The notes under the pieces are model-generated. The model did no database searches. It saw nothing but the letters and a program-made list of their open reading frames with translations, and was not told the DNA's origin. Shown piece by piece: positions 58,600 through 64,000 of a stretch of DNA of 64,000 nucleotides. The position numbers were made by a program, and so were the translations under genes. Positions within the stretch are counted from its first letter, which is position 1, and every line of letters starts with the position of its first letter. The DNA comes from Eubacteriales bacterium (GTDB taxonomy: Bacteria; Bacillota; Clostridia; Oscillospirales; QAKW01), in assembly GCA_045541455.1 (NCBI GenBank), contig JAZQJA010000046.1:1180-65179 (forward strand), written 5' to 3'.

Positions 58600-59478
58600 G
58601 TGGAAAAACTGCTTTTAATTTACAATCCTAATTCTGGAAAAAAGAATATTGCTGCAAACCTTGACAAAATAATCGAGGTTTTTGCATCACACAACAAAAT
58701 TATGACGCTTTACCGTTTATCTTCACAAAATGATCAACTAAACGACCTTATTGTAAACGGCGGATTTGACGGCGTTATTGTCTGCGGTGGTGACGGAAGT
58801 GTTAATTCGGTAGCTAAAACAATACTTGATTCGGGTAAGGATATACCGCTTGGTGTTATTCCAAATGGCACTTGCAACGACTTTTCGCGTTCGCTTGGTA
58901 TGCCCAACGATTTTATGCGTTGTGCACGGCTTATTGCACAAGGCAACAAGATGAAGTGCGATATCGGAAGCATAAACGGCAGTGAAATGATATTTACAAA
59001 CGAGGTTGCAGGCGGTGTTATGGTATCGGTTTCTTTTTCGACCGATCAAAATTTAAAAAAGATGTTTGGCCCGCTCGCCTATTATGTAAACGGACTTGGC
59101 GAACTCGTTAATATGAAACCGTTTGTACTGACCATTGAAACAGAAGACAACGTTTATATAGAAGACGCACTTGTTTTTTGTGTATTAAACGGAACGGATA
59201 TGTCAGGCTTTTCAAATGTTATAAAAGAAGCGCAAATGCAAGATGGATTTATGGATATACTCATATTTAAAAACCAAAATCCTCTTGAAGTTACAGACAC
59301 TCTGTTAAGATTTGTATCGGGCGGAAACTTTAAAGACGGAAGTGTTGTACGCATTAAAACCAATAAGTGTAAAATAAGTTGCGATACAAATATTTCTGTA
59401 ACTGTCGACGGCGAAAAAGGACCCGGTTTCCCTCTTGTTCTTGAAATGCACAAAAAAGCATTAACAGTTTTTTGCTGA
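58600..59478 (+). CDS. Diacylglycerol-kinase-family lipid kinase (YegS/BmrU-like)
   Basis: LLIYNPNSGK and CGGDGSVN motifs. GTG start. Confidence 0.85.
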   Translation: MEKLLLIYNPNSGKKNIAANLDKIIEVFASHNKIMTLYRLSSQNDQLNDLIVNGGFDGVIVCGGDGSVNSVAKTILDSGKDIPLGVIPNGTCNDFSRSLGMPNDFMRCARLIAQGNKMKCDIGSINGSEMIFTNEVAGGVMVSVSFSTDQNLKKMFGPLAYYVNGLGELVNMKPFVLTIETEDNVYIEDALVFCVLNGTDMSGFSNVIKEAQMQDGFMDILIFKNQNPLEVTDTLLRFVSGGNFKDGSVVRIKTNKCKISCDTNISVTVDGEKGPGFPLVLEMHKKALTVFC

Positions 59479-59480
59479 GT

Positions 59481-60362
59481 ATGGTTTATACAGTTACTTT
59501 TAATCCCGCCCTTGACTGTGTTGCTTTTGTACCGGAATTTAAAACAGGTGTTATAAACAAAGCGGAAAGTGAATTTTACTCAGCAGGCGGAAAAGGCATT
59601 AATGTTTCGCGCATGCTTACAACACTTGGTATAAAAAACACAGCACTTGGTTTTACTGCAGGGTTTATTGGAAAATATATCGAAAGCGAAGTTGAAAACA
59701 GCGATTTTATACATCTTAAAAACGGTTGTTCTCGGATTAATATAAAAATATCTTCTGAAAGTGAAACGGAAATTAACTCACGCGGTCCCGACATTGACCA
59801 AAATGCACTTTCAAAACTCATTGAAAAGCTTAAAGCCGCAAGAAAAGGTGATTATATCGTACTGGCGGGAAGCATACCGCCGTCGTTATCCGATAACACT
59901 TACAAGAATATACTCTCAGAAATTGCAAATAACGGTGCAAAAATTGCTGTAGACACCACAGGAAAATTACTCACAGGTGTACTTGAGTACCATCCGTTTA
60001 TCATAAAGCCAAATCATCACGAACTGGGCGAAATTTTCAAGTGTAAATGCGACGATGACAATGAAATTATAGATTGTGCAAAGCAACTGCAAAACATGGG
60101 CGCCCGAAATGTAATTGTGTCACGTGCAAAAAAGGGTGCAATACTGCTTGATGATAACGGAGTTATACACAAAGTAACAGCACCGAACGGGAAAGTTTTA
60201 AACTCGGTTGGTGCAGGCGACTCTATGCTTGCGGGTTTTATTGCAAATTATATTAAAACAAACGATTATGAAAAGGCTTTACGTTTTGCTGTATCTTGCG
60301 GAAGTGCAACAGCATTTAGTATCGGACTTGCTTCAAAAGAATTTATAGAAAGTATGCTTTAA
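59481..60362 (+). CDS. 1-phosphofructokinase / PfkB-family sugar kinase
   Basis: TVTFNPALD N-terminus, GGKGINV, and VGAGDSMLAGF ATP-site motifs. Confidence 0.88.
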   Translation: MVYTVTFNPALDCVAFVPEFKTGVINKAESEFYSAGGKGINVSRMLTTLGIKNTALGFTAGFIGKYIESEVENSDFIHLKNGCSRINIKISSESETEINSRGPDIDQNALSKLIEKLKAARKGDYIVLAGSIPPSLSDNTYKNILSEIANNGAKIAVDTTGKLLTGVLEYHPFIIKPNHHELGEIFKCKCDDDNEIIDCAKQLQNMGARNVIVSRAKKGAILLDDNGVIHKVTAPNGKVLNSVGAGDSMLAGFIANYIKTNDYEKALRFAVSCGSATAFSIGLASKEFIESML

Positions 60363-60375
60363 AGGAGTTGCTCTA

Positions 60376-61656
60376 ATGGAAAAAACATTCACAGTTGCCG
60401 TTTTGGGTGCAGGAGGAAGAGGTTATGCCTATGCAAACCTTTTTAATCAAAAAGAACAGTTTTCTGTAGTATCTGCGTGTGATTACAATCCGGCACAACT
60501 TAAAAAATTCAATGTACTTTTGGGCGTTGATAAAGACAATCTATTTTTAGACGAACATGAATTTCTTATAAAAAAGCGGGCAGATATTTTGGTTATTGCA
60601 ACACGCGACAGCGATCATGTGCGCCAATGTATAAAAGCAATGCAACTCGGCTATGATATACTGCTTGAAAAGCCTATCAGTGACTCAAGGGTGGAAATTG
60701 AAAAACTTTTACAAGCACAAAAAGACACCGGCAGAATAGTAGTTGTATGCCATGTTTTAAGATATGCTGCAGGAATTAGAAAAATCGACGAGATTTTAAA
60801 AAGCGGAATAATCGGTAAAATGCTTGCCATTGACCAGTTTGAACGCGTTGCATTTTGGCATCAAGCGCAAGCGTATGTGCGTATTCAAAAGCTGTACCAC
60901 GATTCGCAGCACCCCACCATTCTTGCCAAGTGCTGTCACGATTTAGATTTGATACAACATTTTGCAAACAGCAGATGTGATACAGTTTCGTCAATCGGAA
61001 AACTCTCCCATTTCCGTTTGGAAAATGCACCCGAAGACGCAGCCGACCGTTGTTTAGATTGCAAATACATAGACACATGCAGTTACAGTGCCAAAAAAAT
61101 CTATATTGATTTTTGGAAGGAAAGCGGCTGTCCCGAATTTTCGTGGCCATGGACTAAAGTTTCACTCATCAAGCCTAATACCGAAAAAGACTTATACGAA
61201 GGCATAAAGGACAGCGTATTTGGTGAGTGTGCATTTAAATGCGGTGTCGAAAGTAACGAGCATATTGTTGATCACCAAATGGTACAAATGCAGTTTGAAA
61301 ACGGAATTATAGCAAGCCTAAAAATGCTATTTACAGCAGAACCCGGACGCAGAATTAATATATTCGGAACTGAAGGTGAAATTGTATTTGATGAACTTTT
61401 AGATATTGTTGAAGTCAAGCCATACTTCAAACCAAAGAAAGTTTTTAAACTCAGTATTTTGGCTGACAGCGGTTGGGGACACGGCGGTGGCGACAGAGGA
61501 CTTATTAATGATATGTATGATATTTTAACCGGCAAAAAGACTGAATACACATCACTTAATGAGTCGGTAGAAAGTCATCTTATTGGTATTGCTGCAGAAG
61601 AATCGCGCCTTAATAACGGTAAAATTGTTAAAGTTCATCACACTGTAAATATATAG
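60376..61656 (+). CDS. Gfo/Idh/MocA-family oxidoreductase
   Basis: VAVLGAGGRG Rossmann motif and LLEKP motif. Confidence 0.85.
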   Translation: MEKTFTVAVLGAGGRGYAYANLFNQKEQFSVVSACDYNPAQLKKFNVLLGVDKDNLFLDEHEFLIKKRADILVIATRDSDHVRQCIKAMQLGYDILLEKPISDSRVEIEKLLQAQKDTGRIVVVCHVLRYAAGIRKIDEILKSGIIGKMLAIDQFERVAFWHQAQAYVRIQKLYHDSQHPTILAKCCHDLDLIQHFANSRCDTVSSIGKLSHFRLENAPEDAADRCLDCKYIDTCSYSAKKIYIDFWKESGCPEFSWPWTKVSLIKPNTEKDLYEGIKDSVFGECAFKCGVESNEHIVDHQMVQMQFENGIIASLKMLFTAEPGRRINIFGTEGEIVFDELLDIVEVKPYFKPKKVFKLSILADSGWGHGGGDRGLINDMYDILTGKKTEYTSLNESVESHLIGIAAEESRLNNGKIVKVHHTVNI

Positions 61657-61686
61657 TTTATTTTTTAGTTTAACCAAAGTATAACA

Positions 61687-61720
61687 AAAAACGACAGTAA
61701 ATTAATTACTGTCGTATTTT
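61687..61720 (-). terminator. Intrinsic terminator after tRNA-Leu
   Basis: ACGACAGTAA-ATTAA-TTACTGTCGT flanked by an A-run and a T-run. Confidence 0.75.
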
Positions 61721-61804
61721 TGGTGCGGATGACAGGAGTTGAACCTGCACGTCGGGGACACTAGATCCTAAGTCTAGCGCGTCTGCCAATTCCGCCACAT
61801 CCGC
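61721..61804 (-). tRNA. tRNA-Leu (anticodon UAG), CCA encoded
   Basis: GCGGATGTGGCGGAATTGGCAGACGCGCTAGACTTAGGATCTAG...GCAGGTTCAACTCCTGTCATCCGCACCA. Anticodon loop CTTAGGA and a long variable arm. Confidence 0.95.
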
Positions 61805-61820
61805 ACATTCTAGAATATAA

Positions 61821-61849
61821 ATTATACATTACAAGTAATAAAAAGTCAA
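61821..61849 (-). promoter_or_regulatory. Near-consensus sigma-A promoter of tRNA-Leu
   Basis: Minus strand reads TTGACT, 17 nt, TATAAT. Confidence 0.65.
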
Positions 61850-61921
61850 GTATTTACATTGACTATATTAATATTATATGTTATATTTTAGCCATAAATA
61901 TTAAATGAAAGGAAGATTATA

Positions 61922-62722
61922 ATGAATAGTACAAAAACAAAATTGCCGGTTAAAACAGTTGTAATTATTGCAGTGACAGCCATTGTATTATTATTTGCAA
62001 TTGTTCTCTCTTTCTTTCTTTTTAAAAAAATCAGTCTACAGCAAGCTCTTAAAAAACTTGATATAGAGGATTATAGCAGTATTGTTTCGATAATGAAAAA
62101 AGGTGCATCTGATAAAAATGCGGTTATGACCATAATAGACTCTTACATTGATAATAATATGAACACCGATGCTGCGCAACTTTTATTATACTATCTGCAA
62201 TATATAGACAAAGACGATGCTATAGCGCTTGAAAAGCTTAAAAAATGTTATTTAGCAAACGGTGCCAGTGAAGTGTTTATATCTCAGTTTGACAACGCTG
62301 ATTTTAACGTAAATGACTTCAAAATTACAACACAATATGAGCAAAACGGTTACGGTATATCAAACGGAATTTATGTATCATTTTTAGATGGCTATGCCAA
62401 AGCTAAAATTTCAGGTATTATTCCGCGGTCAATATCAGCAGGTGCCAGCGGGGTTTACGCCCTCGATTCCAGTGATATGACGATAAAGCTTATTCGCCGT
62501 GACGGAAGTGTTGTTCAAACAGTAATAAATGACAAGGTAAAAGAATTTGTGTTTTTTGAAAGTTATATTTATTATATAGACCAAAGTGGTGTACCTCACG
62601 GTGTTGACGGGCCAATACAGACAGATGGGCTTATTGCTATGAATTTACGCGTTGACGGCGAAAGGGTAATATGCACACTTTATGACAATGATTATAATGA
62701 AATAAAGGAATTACAGTTGTAA
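61922..62722 (+). CDS. Membrane-anchored hypothetical protein
   Basis: N-terminal TM helix. The C-terminal part has YIYYID-type beta-propeller-like repeats. No family assigned. Confidence 0.6.
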   Translation: MNSTKTKLPVKTVVIIAVTAIVLLFAIVLSFFLFKKISLQQALKKLDIEDYSSIVSIMKKGASDKNAVMTIIDSYIDNNMNTDAAQLLLYYLQYIDKDDAIALEKLKKCYLANGASEVFISQFDNADFNVNDFKITTQYEQNGYGISNGIYVSFLDGYAKAKISGIIPRSISAGASGVYALDSSDMTIKLIRRDGSVVQTVINDKVKEFVFFESYIYYIDQSGVPHGVDGPIQTDGLIAMNLRVDGERVICTLYDNDYNEIKELQL

Positions 62723-62732
62723 TTCCTTTATT
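62701..62732. terminator. 32-nt palindrome spanning both convergent stop codons
   Basis: AATAAAGGAATTACA-GT-TGTAATTCCTTTATT. Confidence 0.6.
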
Positions 62733-63148
62733 AATTTTACAAGTGAATTTTCAAATGCGGTGTTATCCGATGGTGTGCGCCTTTTAGGGCCCTTTGTTCT
62801 TCCGCCTGCCCTACGATATTTTGCAGATTCGGCACGTGAATTTAACAATGCATCAATATTATCAGCTGAATATATAAGACCATTTTGATTTATGGCAAAG
62901 GCAAGTTTTGCAAGGCAGATTGCCGCCAATCCATAGTCTTGAGTTACAACAATATCTCCAGGTTTCACAAGATTTACTATATGAAAATCTGCGCTGTCAT
63001 TTCCTTTTGATACTGTTATCACCTCAAAATCAGGCTCGAACTGATGTGATGTGTCACACACAATGTTATACGGTATATTAAATTGTTTAGCAATTTTGAC
63101 GGTTAAGTGCACAACCGGGCAGCCGTCAGCATCAATATAAATTTTCAT
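62711..63148 (-). CDS. YaiI/YqxD-family (UPF0178) protein
   Basis: MKIYIDADGCPV N-terminus. The start is set at Met19 of the tracked ORF. Confidence 0.85.
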   Translation of the reverse strand: MKIYIDADGCPVVHLTVKIAKQFNIPYNIVCDTSHQFEPDFEVITVSKGNDSADFHIVNLVKPGDIVVTQDYGLAAICLAKLAFAINQNGLIYSADNIDALLNSRAESAKYRRAGGRTKGPKRRTPSDNTAFENSLVKLIKELQL

Positions 63149-63223
63149 AATTAACACCTTATCACAGCAAAAAACGGCACATACCAAAGTATGTGCCGTC
63201 AAAAAAGTTTGCAGTTAATATAA

Positions 63224-63505
63224 TTATGCCTGCTGCTCTTTTATTTTTGCATAGCACTCGCTGCAGTATACAGGTCTGTCCTCTGTGGGCTGGAACGGAA
63301 CTTTAGCTTCCTTACCGCACTCTGCACAAACTGCGTCATAAAGAACGCGAGCGCCTTTAGCAGCTGCTTTCTTTGCGTCTCTGCATGCCTTGCATCTCTG
63401 GGGCTCATTCTGGAAACCCTTTTCTGCGTAGAATTCTTGTTCGCCTGCAGTGAATACAAACTCCTGACCGCAGTCCTTGCATACTAATGTCTTGTCCTCG
63501 TACAT
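63224..63505 (-). CDS. Zinc-ribbon protein (two CxxC...CxxC modules)
   Basis: CKDCGQEF...CKAC and CAECGKEA...CSEC. AGAGAGGTAAAG RBS. Confidence 0.8.
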   Translation of the reverse strand: MYEDKTLVCKDCGQEFVFTAGEQEFYAEKGFQNEPQRCKACRDAKKAAAKGARVLYDAVCAECGKEAKVPFQPTEDRPVYCSECYAKIKEQQA

Positions 63506-63539
63506 TTGCTTTACCTCTCTTGTGGTATAAAAATATTTG

Positions 63540-63605
63540 TTACCCTAAACGGAATTGAACCGTTCCCTCTGAATACCAGCGCTCCGCCTCTTAGCTTTAA
63601 GGGCA
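63540..63605 (-). other. 66-nt tRNA-like cloverleaf with a truncated anticodon arm
   Basis: TGCCCTT-AA-AGCTAAGAGGCGGAGCG-C-TGGTATTCAGAGGG-AACGGTTCAATTCCGTT-TAGGGTA-A. Canonical T-arm, 6/7 acceptor pairs and a GG in the D-loop, but only about 14 nt where about 22 are needed. Confidence 0.3.
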
Positions 63606-64000
63606 TTAAACTAATTTACTGCGTATGCGACTAATCGCATTACTGACCGATTTTACACTCTTTCCTATCCTTTTTGATATTTCACTGTATGACATACCGT
63701 CTATATACATATTAAGTACAACTTTCTCATAGTCAGAAAGTTTTACATTAATTTCTGCATAAACACTCAAAAGTTGTTCACGCAATATTACTCTATCTTC
63801 AGGGTCAGTATGACTTACAATATTTATACCGTCTATACCAACAGCAGTATTAAGTGGTGAGTGTTTTTTACGATTTGCCTCTTTTATTGCATCTATAATT
63901 CTACTATGAACGCATATTTTGGCAAACTTATCAAAGTTAACATTCTTTGATACATCAAACTTTTTTATCGCATCATAAAAGCCGATAAGTCCGATTTGAT
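63606..64000 (-). CDS. sigH: Sigma-70-family sigma factor, SigH-like; 5' end beyond the window
   Basis: Minus-strand frame open to the edge: QIGLIGFYDAIKKFDVSKNVNFDKFAKICVHSRIIDAIKEANRKKHSPLN...LNMYIDGMSYSEISKRIGKSVKSVSNAISRIRSKLV-stop. It parallels Bacillus SigH regions 2.4-4.2. Not in the ORF track because no start lies in the window. Confidence 0.7.
   Translation of the reverse strand, partial: QIGLIGFYDAIKKFDVSKNVNFDKFAKICVHSRIIDAIKEANRKKHSPLNTAVGIDGINIVSHTDPEDRVILREQLLSVYAEINVKLSDYEKVVLNMYIDGMSYSEISKRIGKSVKSVSNAISRIRSKLV

Noticed and set aside
1-64000. CRISPR arrays, IS elements or transposases, integrases, prophage genes, and known defence or toxin-antitoxin modules
   Set aside because: No regularly spaced 25-40-nt direct repeats and no recombinase-, transposase-, nuclease- or RT-like ORF were seen in any frame. 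The only tandem repeats are the 7-nt units at 24.62-24.72 kb.

Overview
The window is a 64-kb chromosomal segment from a low-GC, spore-forming Firmicute, probably class Clostridia. The spore-former call rests on cwlJ-gerQ, a sigH-like gene and SLH proteins. Most of it is syntenic housekeeping DNA. In order: pflB-pflA; feoA-feoB plus an untracked 52-aa FeoB-associated Cys-rich gene; a DtxR-family regulator; cysK-copA; a glycine riboswitch with agcS; rex-adhE-kinase; a MATE pump; an OYE-type reductase; an SPFH protein; PHP and M42 enzymes; an EPS/LCP cluster; yfcE-mrnC-yitT-rsmF; asnA-metY-metA-mltG; two tandem LtaS-family genes; rpsO-pnp; a two-component system with htrA; cwlJ-gerQ; glgC-D-A-P; and a GH13/kinase/oxidoreductase cluster. 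There are two tRNAs, Ser-GCU and Leu-UAG, each behind a consensus promoter. I found no CRISPR array, transposase, integrase, prophage or recognisable defence system, and no convincing new multi-gene system. The most unusual locus is 23.46-24.86 kb. There a 23-nt copy of the tRNA-Ser 3' end bounds a 1.2-kb integrase-less islet. The islet carries a four-helix-bundle (23S rRNA IVS/Avd-like) gene coupled to an ASCH gene, an inverted array of about ten GAATRRT heptamers, a 76-bp direct repeat pair, and a 64% G+C hairpin-rich segment of unknown nature. Other points worth a second look: three GTTAG-N6-CTAAC palindromes around the feo/dtxR promoters; a 66-nt tRNA-like cloverleaf with a truncated anticodon arm directly after the sigH stop codon; a relic histidinol-phosphatase-type 5' end upstream of the MATE gene; and a 32-nt palindrome that encodes the same IKELQL C-terminus in two convergent genes. 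Every functional call rests on reading the translated ORFs and motifs by eye. No database search was run.
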